This document shows, one piece after another, positions 18,254 through 27,835 of a stretch of 64,000 nt of DNA. Below the pieces are notes generated by a model that was given only the letters and a program-made list of their open reading frames with translations, was not told the DNA's origin and did no database searches. Position 1 is the stretch's first letter. Each line of letters starts with the position of its first letter. Source of the DNA: an uncultured delta proteobacterium (lineage in GTDB: Bacteria > Myxococcota_A > Polyangia > Polyangiales > Polyangiaceae); the NCBI GenBank assembly GCA_963806225.1, contig CAWDXG010000004.1, forward strand, positions 5,376,001 to 5,440,000. Direction: 5' to 3'. The position numbers were made by a program, and so were the translations under genes.

Positions 18254-20067
18254 GGAGCAGCGCCTGTCTGCGATGGCTGGCGCTGCTCGTGCCAGTGCTC
18301 CTGTGCGGATGCAGGGCGCGTCCGCGCTCCGGCAGCTTCGCGTCGAAAGGCCACGTTTCCACCGCGCACGGCGAGGTGATCGAGGTCGATCTTGCTTCCG
18401 GGGCGCCCGAGTCGCTCGGCTCCGGCGGCATCCTGTTCCAGCTTCCGGCGTCGAGAACCTATGTGGGGCTGGTGCGGGCCCTCGAGCGCGCCCGGAAGGA
18501 CGACGACGTGACCGGCGTCTTCGTGCGGCTCGGCACCGCGGAGCTCGGGTGGGCGCGCAGCCAGGAGCTCGGACATCTGCTCCACCAGCTCGGCAAGCAG
18601 GGCAAGCCGGTCGTGTGCCACGCGGACTCGCTCACCAACTCGTCCACCTGGCTGCTCGCCGCAGGTTGCGACCGCATCTGGCTCAGCCCCGCAGCCGAGG
18701 TCGATACCGTCGGTATCGCGGCACAGATGGTCTACCTCAAGGGCGCGCTCGACAAGCTCAAGGTCCAGACGGACTTCATCCACATGGGCAAGTACAAGAG
18801 CGCTGCGGAGCCCATCACGCGTGAAGGTCCGAGCGAGCCCGCGCGGATCTCGCTCACGGAAACGCTGGCATCGATCCGCAAGGCCTGGCTCGACGGCATC
18901 GCGGCCTCGCGTAAGAAGAAGGGGATCCGCGACGCGATGGAGCACGGTCCGTGGAGCTCCGGTGAAGCGAAGGACCATGGGCTGGTCGACGCGATTGGCT
19001 ACGAGTCGGATGCCGTCGAGGACGCGGAGAAACGCGGCAAGGCCGAAAAGCTCACGCCTGTTTTCGGGCCCCAGGTCGCGGGGCGAGGTCTCGATCTCGC
19101 CCAGCTGATCCGGGTCCTGGCCGGGGCGGATCAGCGCAGCGGAGGGCGCCCCCACATCGCCGTGCTGCCGGCTGACGGCGAGATCACGATGGAGCCGGGC
19201 GGGATGCTGTCGCGTGGTGGCATCAGCGCCAAGGCCATCATCAAGACGCTGCGCCGCCTGGAGAAGGACGACTCGGTGAAGGTCGTCGTGCTGCGCATCG
19301 ACTCGCCCGGCGGGTCGGCGCTGGCGAGCGATCTCATCTGGCACGAGCTCATCGAGCTGAAGAAGAAGAAGCCGCTGGTCGTGTCGGTCGGCGACATGGC
19401 GGCCAGCGGTGGCTACTACATGGCTTGCGCCGCCACGCGCATCGTGGCGGAGCCGACCAGCATCGTCGGTTCGATCGGCGTGCTGGGTGGCAAGGTCGCG
19501 CTGGCGCCGGCGCTCGCGCAGTTCGGCATCAACAGCTACACGTTCCCCGCCAGCAAGGCGCCAGGTGCCGCCGCTCGCTCCGCCTACGAGTCCGCCCTCA
19601 CGCCCTGGGATGATGCGACACGCGAGCGCGTCCGCGAGCAGATGAAACGCATCTACGGTCTGTTCCTCAGGCGCGTCGCCGCGGGGCGGAAGATGAAGGT
19701 CGCCGAGGTGCAGAAGATCGCCCAGGGGCGCATCTGGACGGCGGCGCAGGCGAAATCCCGGGGTCTGGTCGACGACTTCGGCGGCCTGGATCGCGCGCTT
19801 TCGGTCGCGCGCCAGCTCGCCCACCTCGACAAGCGCGCGCCGGTCACGGTCGAGGGCGCGTCGGAGAGTCTTCTGGAGCGGCTGATGCTGGGCAGGCACG
19901 CCGATGCCAGGGCGGTGGCCGAGGCGGTCGAGCGCGAGCAGGGGCGGCGCGCGCCGCTCGTCCGTCTGCTGCCCAGGGAGCTCAGACCCTTCGCGGCGAG
20001 CCTTTCGCCCATGCTGTCGGGCGAGCACGTGCTCGCGGCAATGCCCTACGCGGTCGTCATCCGCTGA
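18250..20067 (+). CDS. sppA: Signal peptide peptidase SppA (S49, tandem-domain form)
   Basis: GKYKSAAEP, LRIDSPGGS, AASGGYY, GSIGV, GRIWT motifs; ATG overlaps the upstream stop (ATGA). Confidence 0.9.
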   Translation: MRSSACLRWLALLVPVLLCGCRARPRSGSFASKGHVSTAHGEVIEVDLASGAPESLGSGGILFQLPASRTYVGLVRALERARKDDDVTGVFVRLGTAELGWARSQELGHLLHQLGKQGKPVVCHADSLTNSSTWLLAAGCDRIWLSPAAEVDTVGIAAQMVYLKGALDKLKVQTDFIHMGKYKSAAEPITREGPSEPARISLTETLASIRKAWLDGIAASRKKKGIRDAMEHGPWSSGEAKDHGLVDAIGYESDAVEDAEKRGKAEKLTPVFGPQVAGRGLDLAQLIRVLAGADQRSGGRPHIAVLPADGEITMEPGGMLSRGGISAKAIIKTLRRLEKDDSVKVVVLRIDSPGGSALASDLIWHELIELKKKKPLVVSVGDMAASGGYYMACAATRIVAEPTSIVGSIGVLGGKVALAPALAQFGINSYTFPASKAPGAAARSAYESALTPWDDATRERVREQMKRIYGLFLRRVAAGRKMKVAEVQKIAQGRIWTAAQAKSRGLVDDFGGLDRALSVARQLAHLDKRAPVTVEGASESLLERLMLGRHADARAVAEAVEREQGRRAPLVRLLPRELRPFAASLSPMLSGEHVLAAMPYAVVIR

Positions 20068-20165
20068 GCGCTGTGCGCGTCACTTGCAGGGATTGTCCTT
20101 GGCGGTCGCCTTGGTGTCCGTGGCTCCGGAGCGCGCGGTGGCGCATCGGCTTGCGTCGCGGCTCC

Positions 20166-20256
<91 letters not shown>

Positions 20257-20399
20257 AGGCGAGTGAGGGCCGAGAAACTACCCACGCACCCGTCGCCGTC
20301 AAGGGACAAGGCAAAAACCGGTGGAACTGCCCGTGTCGGGACGTTGCCGGCGGGCCTTCCGGTTGCGGGTCCGCGCCGGCGGTACGACTATCAAGGCAC

Positions 20400-21830
20400 A
20401 TGCTGCTGCTACGCCCCGAAGTGAACGAGCCGTCACCCGCCGCCCGGGAAAAGGCCGTGCGGCTGCTGGAGCAGCGGCTCGGCCCGTCGCGTGTCTTGAC
20501 CGGCCGCGACGCCTGCGAGCGGTTTTCCGTCGATGAATCGGAGGCGGTGGGCCGCGTCCCCGACGCTGTCGTGCAGGCGGAAAGCCGCGACGACATCCTC
20601 ACGGCCCTGGCCGTGGCGCGGGAAGCGGAGGTGCCGCTGACGCCGCGAGCCGGCGGAACGGGTCGAACGGGCGGCGCCGTGCCCGTCGCGGGGGGCATCG
20701 TGCTGAGCGTGAGCGGCATGACCTCGATCAAGGACATCGATGGCCGGGAGGGACTGGCGGTGGTCGAGCCCGGCGTGGTCCTGGGCGACCTGCACGCGGC
20801 GGTCGAAAAGGAAGGTTGGTTCTACCCGCCCGACCCGAACTCGCTCGTCGGCTGCGCGCTCGGCGGCAACGTGGCCGAGAACGCGGGCGGCCCGCGCGCC
20901 TTCAAGTACGGCGTCACGCGCGAGTACGTGCTGGGGCTCGAGGCATTCCTGATCGGAGGCCAGCGCATCCAGGCCGGCCGTCGCACGCGGAAAGGGGTCA
21001 CCGGCTACGACGTGACGGGGCTTCTTGTCGGCAGCGAGGGAACGCTGGCGGTGTTCGGCGACATCACGCTCAAGTTGATCCCGAAGCCGCCCGCCGTCAT
21101 GACCCTGATGGCGCTGTTCGACAGCGTCCACCAGACCGGCGGAGCCGTGGGCGCGATCGTGGAAGCGGGGCTCGTGCCGCGCTGCATCGAGCTGCTGGAT
21201 TCCGGGACGCTGCAGGCGATGCGGGATGCGGGCAATGCGCTCGACCCGCGCGCCGGAGCGATGCTGCTGATGGAGGTCGACGGCGACGAGCGCGCTTGCG
21301 AAGAGCAGGCCGAGCGCATCTCGGATGCGTGCGAGAAGGTCGGCGTGCTCGAGCTCCTTGTCGCGCAGGACAGAGCGCAGCGCGACCGCCTGTGGGCGGC
21401 GCGCCGCGAGATGAGCCCGGCGGTCCGCCGCCTGGCCCGGCACAAGCTGAGCGAGGACGTGGTGGTGCCGCGACAGAAGGTCGGCGAGCTGCTCGACCGC
21501 GTGGCAAGCGTGAGCGAGCGCACGAAGATCCGCTCGCTTGCCTACGGGCACGCCGGCGATGGCAACCTGCACGTCAACTTCCTGTGGAACGACGAGAGCG
21601 AGCTGGCGTCCGTCGACGCCGCGATCGAACAGCTGTTCCGCGACGTGATCGAGCTCGGAGGCACGCTCAGCGGCGAGCACGGCATCGGCGTGCTCAAGGC
21701 GCCCTATCTGCCGCTCGAGCAGTCGGCCGAGCTCATCTCCCTGCAGCGCGATATCAAGCGCGTGTTCGACCCCGGCGGCCTGCTCAATCCGGGCAAGATC
21801 TTCCCGAGCGGCGGGCACGGCGCCTGCTGA
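20400..21830 (+). CDS. FAD-linked oxidase, GlcD / D-2-hydroxyacid dehydrogenase family
   Basis: YPPDP.S, GGN..ENAGG...KYG.TR, GSEGTL, GHAGDGNLH, SGEHGIG..K, LNPGK. Confidence 0.9.
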   Translation: MLLLRPEVNEPSPAAREKAVRLLEQRLGPSRVLTGRDACERFSVDESEAVGRVPDAVVQAESRDDILTALAVAREAEVPLTPRAGGTGRTGGAVPVAGGIVLSVSGMTSIKDIDGREGLAVVEPGVVLGDLHAAVEKEGWFYPPDPNSLVGCALGGNVAENAGGPRAFKYGVTREYVLGLEAFLIGGQRIQAGRRTRKGVTGYDVTGLLVGSEGTLAVFGDITLKLIPKPPAVMTLMALFDSVHQTGGAVGAIVEAGLVPRCIELLDSGTLQAMRDAGNALDPRAGAMLLMEVDGDERACEEQAERISDACEKVGVLELLVAQDRAQRDRLWAARREMSPAVRRLARHKLSEDVVVPRQKVGELLDRVASVSERTKIRSLAYGHAGDGNLHVNFLWNDESELASVDAAIEQLFRDVIELGGTLSGEHGIGVLKAPYLPLEQSAELISLQRDIKRVFDPGGLLNPGKIFPSGGHGAC

Positions 21831-21842
21831 GGCGCGTCGACT

Positions 21843-22418
21843 TCACTTGGCCTTGGGCTCGCGCAGCATGTTCGCGCGGTAGTGCGAAAGCTCGGCAATC
21901 GAGTTCCGGATGTCGACGAGCGCGTCGTGGGCGCCTTCGGACGGCTTGTCGTACAGGGCGGAATCGCTGTACCAGAGCTTGGCGAGCAGCTTGAGCGAGG
22001 TCACGTCGATCATGCGGTAGTGCAGGTAGCCCGCGAGCCCCGGCATCCAGCGGTCGATGAAGCGGCGATCCTGGCCGATGCTGTTGCCGCACAGCACCGC
22101 GGGATACTCGCACCAGCCGGCGATGCGCTCGAGGAGCATGCGCTCGGCCTGACCGATGTCGGTGCGCGACTGGCGCACGCGACCGTTCAGGCCGGTCTTG
22201 TCGTGCATGTCGCGGACGTATGGCGTCATGCGGTCGAGGGAATGCTCCGGCTGCCAGATGTCGCAGACGTACTCTTCCAGCGGCTCGAGCTCGCTGTCGG
22301 TAACGATCAGCGCGGCCTGGATGACGACGTCGTTCTGGGCGTCGAGCCCGGTCATCTCCAGGTCGACCCATGCGAGATTGCCGGCAGACCGGCTGCGGAC
22401 GATGCGTTCGGCGGCCAT
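21843..22418 (-). CDS. orn: Oligoribonuclease
   Basis: WVDLEMTGLD, LCGNSI.QDRRF, HYR.IDV.S.K, H.AL.DI..SI.EL..YR. Confidence 0.95.
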   Translation of the reverse strand: MAAERIVRSRSAGNLAWVDLEMTGLDAQNDVVIQAALIVTDSELEPLEEYVCDIWQPEHSLDRMTPYVRDMHDKTGLNGRVRQSRTDIGQAERMLLERIAGWCEYPAVLCGNSIGQDRRFIDRWMPGLAGYLHYRMIDVTSLKLLAKLWYSDSALYDKPSEGAHDALVDIRNSIAELSHYRANMLREPKAK

Positions 22419-22573
22419 GTCCCGGCTACTCTACTAGAGCTTTTCGCGTTCTGGGCGCGTGATCGGTATATGGCTCGGGTTTGCCGAACGAGCCGGAGCG
22501 CCGCTGCCGGCAGAGCGGCCTGTCGACCTCCACGGGCGGCTCGGGCATGCTGCCCGACAGATCGGAGGGAGCG

Positions 22574-23710
22574 ATGCGGATCCTGTACGGAGTCGTCGGA
22601 GAGGGCATGGGGCACGCGACGCGCAGCCGCGTCGTCCTCGAGCACCTGCTCGGGCAGGGTCATTCGGTGCGCGTCGTCGTCTCGGGGCGCGCCCACGGAT
22701 TTCTGGTCGAACGGCTGAAGGGCTACGACAACGTCACGGTCGAGGAGATACACGGTCTGACGCTGCGCTATTTTGCCAACCGCCTCGACAAGAGCGAGAG
22801 CCTCTTCGACAACCTGAAGAAGGCGCCGGCCGGCATCAAGAAGAACATCCAGGTGTACGCCAGGGTTGCCGAGGACGGATTCAAGCCCGAGCTGGTGATC
22901 AGCGACTTCGAGTCGTGGGCTGCGCTCTACGCGCTGAACCATTTCCTGCCGGTGATCAGCATCGACAACATGCAGGTCATCAACCGCTGCCGGCACGACC
23001 GCGAAATCACGGCTGCCAAGGGCTTCAACTTCAACGTCGCCAAGCTGGCGGTGAAGATGAAGCTCCCGGGCGCCTATCACTATCTGGTCAGCAGCTTCTT
23101 CTTCCCGCCGGTCAGGAAGAAGCGCACCACGCTCGTGCCACCGATCCTGCGTCCGGAAATCCTGGCGGCGCGGCGCGAGCCGGGTGACCACGTGCTCGTC
23201 TACCAGACGTCGTCCGCCAACGAAGCGCTGGTGCCGATCCTCCAGAAACTGCCGTACGAGTTCCGGGTCTACGGCATGGGACGCGAGGGCAGCGACGGCA
23301 ACGTCACGCTGCGCGCCTTCTCCGAGACGGGCTTCGTCGATGACCTGCGCACCGCGCGCGCCGTGATCGCCGGTGGCGGATTCTCGCTCATGAGCGAGGC
23401 CGTGAGCCTGCACGTGCCGATGTTGAGCGTGCCGATCGAGCAGCAGTACGAACAGGAGCTGAACGCCCGATACCTCACCCACCTGGGCTACGGCAGCTGG
23501 GCGCGCCGGCTGGACGAGGACGTGATCACGCGCTTCATGGAGAGCGCGGACGACTTCGCGCAGACGCTGGAGGTCTACCAGCGCCGTGGCAATTCGATGC
23601 TTTTCGGCTGCGTCGACGAGCTCATCCAGCGCTGGAGCCAGGGCGAAAAGCGCCCGAAAGTCCTGGAAGCGCCGGCGATGGGCAAGTGGGCGCCTTCCAG
23701 CGCCCGGTAG
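22574..23710 (+). CDS. GT-B glycosyltransferase, MJ1255/VC2487 family
   Basis: MRILYGVVGEGMGHATRS, ISDFE, GGFSLMSEA, Q.EQ.LNA. Confidence 0.85.
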   Translation: MRILYGVVGEGMGHATRSRVVLEHLLGQGHSVRVVVSGRAHGFLVERLKGYDNVTVEEIHGLTLRYFANRLDKSESLFDNLKKAPAGIKKNIQVYARVAEDGFKPELVISDFESWAALYALNHFLPVISIDNMQVINRCRHDREITAAKGFNFNVAKLAVKMKLPGAYHYLVSSFFFPPVRKKRTTLVPPILRPEILAARREPGDHVLVYQTSSANEALVPILQKLPYEFRVYGMGREGSDGNVTLRAFSETGFVDDLRTARAVIAGGGFSLMSEAVSLHVPMLSVPIEQQYEQELNARYLTHLGYGSWARRLDEDVITRFMESADDFAQTLEVYQRRGNSMLFGCVDELIQRWSQGEKRPKVLEAPAMGKWAPSSAR

Positions 23711-23784
23711 GCCGTCGATGGCGCCTGGGCGGAGGTCCGCCGGGATGGTAACATTCGGCTCGAGCTTGAGCTGGGAGTGAGTCG

Positions 23785-25290
23785 ATGAAGTCCTTTTCTG
23801 GATGGGTCACGTTGTCTGCCGTGGGCATGTTCGCAGCGGCGCTGAGCGCCTGCAGCAGTAGCAGCGGAGGCGTTGCTACGGGAAGTCACGTTGGAGGTGG
23901 CGCCGGGGGCCAGGGCGGCAGCGGCGGCGGGAGCGATGCCGGCGTCGACAGTGGCGGCAGCGCCGGCAGCATCTCCGTGTGCAACTACGGCGACAAGCAG
24001 TGCAACGGCAGCACCATCCAGACCTGCTCGTTCGGCGGTCAGTGGGTGGACGGGACCAAGTGTCCGTTCACCTGCAAGGCAGGGGACTGCGCTGGGGACT
24101 GCGCGCCGGCGTCCACGCAGTGCGCGTGGGACGGCGTGCAGACCTGCGGCACCGACGGCAAGTGGCAGGCGGCCAAACCGTGCCAGTTCGGCTGTGACAA
24201 CGGCACCTGCCGCACCTCGTGCAATTCGGGGGACTTCCACTGCAACGGCAACCAGGTCGAGCAGTGCAACCCAGGTCCGCCTTCGAGCTGGACGCCGACG
24301 GGGACGACCTGCAACGCGGCGTCCGGCCAGAAGTGCGACGCCACGACCGGCACGTGCCAGACGCTGTCGCCGATCGGCGGCACCACGCCGACCGGCACGT
24401 ACTACCAGTACGCTGTCTTCCAGACTGGGCAGACCGCGTTCCTGGGCGGCTACGACGTGGACTCGTTCGGCGACTACATCTACGTCAACCGCAGCAGTGC
24501 GTACCTCAACGTCTACAAGGTGACGCTCCTGGACTCGGACGGCGACGGCAAGCTGGAGCCGAACCAGCATCCCCAGAACCCGAACAACACCGGCCCCATC
24601 GAGACGCGGCAGCTCACGCTCGTCAAGACCTTGACCAAGTCGGGCGACGGCGTGCCGCTCGGGACGTCGTCCCGGGCGGAGCTGTACGCGCTGTCGGACC
24701 GCATCGACATGCTGGGCCCCAGCCACGACGGAATCATCAGCGAGTTCAACTTCGCGTCCAAGACCAGCAGCGTGATCGTGCAGCCGACCACGACAATCGG
24801 GCTTTCCCAATTCGGCTTCGGCGACGCGGACGGCAGGTGGTACGCCGGTTCGGAGAGTGCCCGGCGGGTCTTCTCGTACGACACGCCATCGAAGAGCTGG
24901 GTCGCCGAGTTCGACTATCCGAACCTGGCCGGCAGCCACATGGACGGCATGGAGGTCGTTGTCGCACCGACGACCGGCGACCAGTACGTCTACATCTCGG
25001 ACATGACGTCCGACTTCATCGCCCAGTACCACCGCGACCCGACAGGCTGGGTGCAGTCGAACCTCTACCAGTACTCGGACACGACCGGCTCGCCCGTGGA
25101 AGGCTTCGGGTTTGGAGCGCTGGATCACTTCTGGGTGACCAGCGGCACGTACCTCTACGAGATCGGCGGCGGCGACATCCAGAAGTACCTCTCGCCCTGC
25201 ACCGGCGGGAAGCAGGAGTGCGGCACCAACGGAAAGACCTGCCCGAGCACCCAGAGCTGCGTGAACGGTTGCTGCGAGACAATTGGCTAG
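23785..25290 (+). CDS. Cys-rich-repeat / putative beta-propeller surface lipoprotein, allele A
   Basis: Lipobox LSAC; Gly linker; three CxG...QxC...W Cys repeats; DxDxDG motif (DSDGDGKLE); aromatic-rich beta domain; C-terminal Cys knot. Confidence 0.85.
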   Translation: MKSFSGWVTLSAVGMFAAALSACSSSSGGVATGSHVGGGAGGQGGSGGGSDAGVDSGGSAGSISVCNYGDKQCNGSTIQTCSFGGQWVDGTKCPFTCKAGDCAGDCAPASTQCAWDGVQTCGTDGKWQAAKPCQFGCDNGTCRTSCNSGDFHCNGNQVEQCNPGPPSSWTPTGTTCNAASGQKCDATTGTCQTLSPIGGTTPTGTYYQYAVFQTGQTAFLGGYDVDSFGDYIYVNRSSAYLNVYKVTLLDSDGDGKLEPNQHPQNPNNTGPIETRQLTLVKTLTKSGDGVPLGTSSRAELYALSDRIDMLGPSHDGIISEFNFASKTSSVIVQPTTTIGLSQFGFGDADGRWYAGSESARRVFSYDTPSKSWVAEFDYPNLAGSHMDGMEVVVAPTTGDQYVYISDMTSDFIAQYHRDPTGWVQSNLYQYSDTTGSPVEGFGFGALDHFWVTSGTYLYEIGGGDIQKYLSPCTGGKQECGTNGKTCPSTQSCVNGCCETIG

Positions 25291-26071
25291 GTCGAGCCGC
25301 GGCTGGGCTCTGACACTCTCCATCGTGGTGGCGGCCATCGCCGCCGCCTGCGCCGGCACCTCGGGTGGCGGGGCTTCGCCGGGCGGCAGCGGTGGAGCGG
25401 GCGGGGCGAGCAGCGGGGGCACGGGCGGGGCAAGCAGCGGCGGCACGGGCGGGGCAAGCAGCGGCGGCACGGGCGGCAGCGCGGTCGACAGCGGGCTGGA
25501 TGGCACCGGGGGCCTCGGCGGGAGCAGCGGCTGGAGCTGGGGTGGCGGCAGTGCGGGGGGTGCGGGCGGTGTCCCCTACACCTGTGACGCAGGCGGTTTC
25601 TGGCCGTGCACCTACAGTCCGGCGTGCGCAGCGGTGAAGCCGGCGCCCGCGGATCACGACGCCTACCGGACGACGGATTGCCGGTCGTGTCACGGTCCCG
25701 GCCATCCCGACGCCAGCATTCCGGACGCCGGCGCCACGGACTCGGGAACCGACGCGGCCGCGACCGGCGCTCTGCCGCGGTTCCTGTTCAGCGGCTTCGT
25801 CTGGGACCCCTACACGCCGAAGGGCGAACCGAAGATCGAGGTCGGCGTCGGCGACGGGAACGTCTTCTACTACGCCTGCACCGACGACCGCGGCTTCTTC
25901 TTCGTCCCCGCGTCGGCCGGACCCGAGCCCGACTGGACCGCGGTGCAGTCGCGCCTGCGCTCGGCTATCGGCGAGAAGATCATGCCGACGCAAAAGCGGC
26001 ACGGGACGGGATGCAACAGCTCACCCTACTGCCACGGCGATCCGCAGCACCACCTGTTCGCCCCGCTCTGA
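25283..26071 (+). CDS. Lipoprotein with CxxCH and CX5CH motifs (putative c-type cytochrome), copy A
   Basis: Lipobox AAAC; DCRSCH; C-terminal GCNSSPYCH; start overlaps the upstream gene. Confidence 0.75.
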   Translation: MARSSRGWALTLSIVVAAIAAACAGTSGGGASPGGSGGAGGASSGGTGGASSGGTGGASSGGTGGSAVDSGLDGTGGLGGSSGWSWGGGSAGGAGGVPYTCDAGGFWPCTYSPACAAVKPAPADHDAYRTTDCRSCHGPGHPDASIPDAGATDSGTDAAATGALPRFLFSGFVWDPYTPKGEPKIEVGVGDGNVFYYACTDDRGFFFVPASAGPEPDWTAVQSRLRSAIGEKIMPTQKRHGTGCNSSPYCHGDPQHHLFAPL

Positions 26072-26078
26072 GCGCCTG

Positions 26079-26216
26079 CTAGCCGAGGTCGCGCCGCACG
26101 CGCTCGGCTGCATTGTAGCCGCACATGCCGTGAACGCCGGCCCCGGGGTGCGAATAGCTCGAGCACAGATACAGGCCCTCGACGGGCACAGATCGCCGCC
26201 GACCAGGTTCGCGTCC
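26079..26216 (-). pseudogene. Duplicated 3' fragment of the phytoene-desaturase-family gene, with an internal 70-bp deletion
   Basis: Matches 28600-28709 and 28780-28807. Confidence 0.9.
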
Positions 26217-26329
26217 CCCGCGATGGGCAAGTGGGCGCCTTCCAGCGCCCGGTAGGCCGTCGATGGCGCCTGGGCGGAGGTCCGCCGGGATGGTAACATT
26301 CGGCTCGAGCTTGAGCTGGGAGTGAGTCG

Positions 26330-27835
26330 ATGAAGTCCTTTTCTGGATGGGTCACGTTGTCTGCCGTGGGCATGTTCGCAGCGGCGCTGAGCGCCTGCAG
26401 CAGTAGCAGCGGAGGCGTTGCTACGGGAAGTCACGTTGGAGGTGGCGCCGGGGGCCAGGGCGGCAGCGGCGGCGGGAGCGATGCCGGCGTCGACAGTGGC
26501 GGCAGCGCCGGCAGCATCTCCGTGTGCAACTACGGCGACAAGCAGTGCAACGGCAGCACCATCCAGACCTGCTCGTTCGGCGGTCAGTGGGTGGACGGGA
26601 CCAAGTGTCCGTTCACCTGCAAGGCAGGGGACTGCGCTGGGGACTGCGCGCCGGCGTCCACGCAGTGCGCGTGGGACGGCGTGCAGACCTGCGGCACCGA
26701 CGGCAAGTGGCAGGCGGCCAAACCGTGCCAGTTCGGCTGTGACAACGGCACCTGCCGCACCTCGTGCAATTCGGGGGACTTCCACTGCAACGGCAACCAG
26801 ATCGAGCAGTGCAACCCGGGTCCGCCTTCGAGCTGGACGCCGACGGGGACGACCTGCAACGCGATGTCCGGGCAGAAGTGCGACGCCACGACCGGGACCT
26901 GCAAGACGCTGTCGCCGATCGGCGGCACCACGCCGACCGGCACGTACTACCAGTACGCGGTCTTCCAGACCGGACAGTCGGGGTACCTGGGCGGCTACGA
27001 CGTGGACTCGTTCGGCGACTACATCTACGTCAACCGGAGCAGCTCGTACCTCGACGTGTACAAGGTCACGCTCGTGGACACGGACGGGGACGGCAAGCTG
27101 GAGCCGAACCAGCATCCCCAGAATCCCAACAACACCGGGCCCATCGAGGAGCGGAAGCTCACGCTGGTCAAGACCTTGACCAAGTCCGCCGACGGCGTGC
27201 CGCTTGGACCTTCTGCGAGCGCCGAGCTCTTCGCGCAGAATGACCGCATCGACATGCTGGGGCCCAGCCACGACGGAGTCATCAGCGAGTTCAACTTCGC
27301 TTCGAAGACCAGCAGCGTCATCGTCCAGCCAACCAACCCGATCGCCTTCCAGGTCCTCGGCTACGGCGACGCGGATGGCCGCTGGTACGCGGGGGAACAC
27401 AGCAACCGGCGGGTGTACTCGTGGGACGCCCCATCGAAAAGCTGGGTCGCCGAGTTCGACTATCCGAACCTGGCCGGCAGCCACATGGACGGCATGGAGG
27501 TCGTCGTCGCGCCGACGACCGGTGACCAGTACATCTACGTGTCGGACATGACGTCCGACTTCATCGCCCAGTACCACCGCGACCCGACAGGTTGGGTCCA
27601 GTCGAACCTCTACCAGTACTCCGACAGCACCGGTTCCCCCGTGGAAGGTATGGGCTTCGGCGCGCTGGAGCACTTCTGGGCCACCAGCGGCACGTATCTC
27701 TACGAGATCGGCGGCGGCGACATCCAGAAGTACCTCTCGCCCTGCACCGGCGGGAAGCAGGAGTGCGGCACCAACGGAAAGACCTGCCCGAGCACCCAGA
27801 GCTGCGTGAACGGTTGCTGCGAGACAATTGGCTAG
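26330..27835 (+). CDS. Cys-rich-repeat / putative beta-propeller surface lipoprotein, allele B
   Basis: 501 aa, collinear with allele A; about 40 substitutions, all between codons ~158 and ~452. Confidence 0.85.
   Translation: MKSFSGWVTLSAVGMFAAALSACSSSSGGVATGSHVGGGAGGQGGSGGGSDAGVDSGGSAGSISVCNYGDKQCNGSTIQTCSFGGQWVDGTKCPFTCKAGDCAGDCAPASTQCAWDGVQTCGTDGKWQAAKPCQFGCDNGTCRTSCNSGDFHCNGNQIEQCNPGPPSSWTPTGTTCNAMSGQKCDATTGTCKTLSPIGGTTPTGTYYQYAVFQTGQSGYLGGYDVDSFGDYIYVNRSSSYLDVYKVTLVDTDGDGKLEPNQHPQNPNNTGPIEERKLTLVKTLTKSADGVPLGPSASAELFAQNDRIDMLGPSHDGVISEFNFASKTSSVIVQPTNPIAFQVLGYGDADGRWYAGEHSNRRVYSWDAPSKSWVAEFDYPNLAGSHMDGMEVVVAPTTGDQYIYVSDMTSDFIAQYHRDPTGWVQSNLYQYSDSTGSPVEGMGFGALEHFWATSGTYLYEIGGGDIQKYLSPCTGGKQECGTNGKTCPSTQSCVNGCCETIG

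Larger units (their letters stand above)
23672..26216 (+). repeat. Tandem duplication copy A (2545 bp)
   Basis: Aligns to 26217-28807 at offset 2545, then 2521 after a 24-bp repeat indel and 2591 after a 70-bp deletion. Confidence 0.95.

Noticed and set aside
24256..27697. Diversity-generating retroelement (template/variable repeat pair) as the cause of the divergent block
   Set aside because: Differences are not adenine-specific (e.g. GCG/GGG, many C/G and C/T third-position changes), span ~900 bp, and no reverse transcriptase is present in the window.
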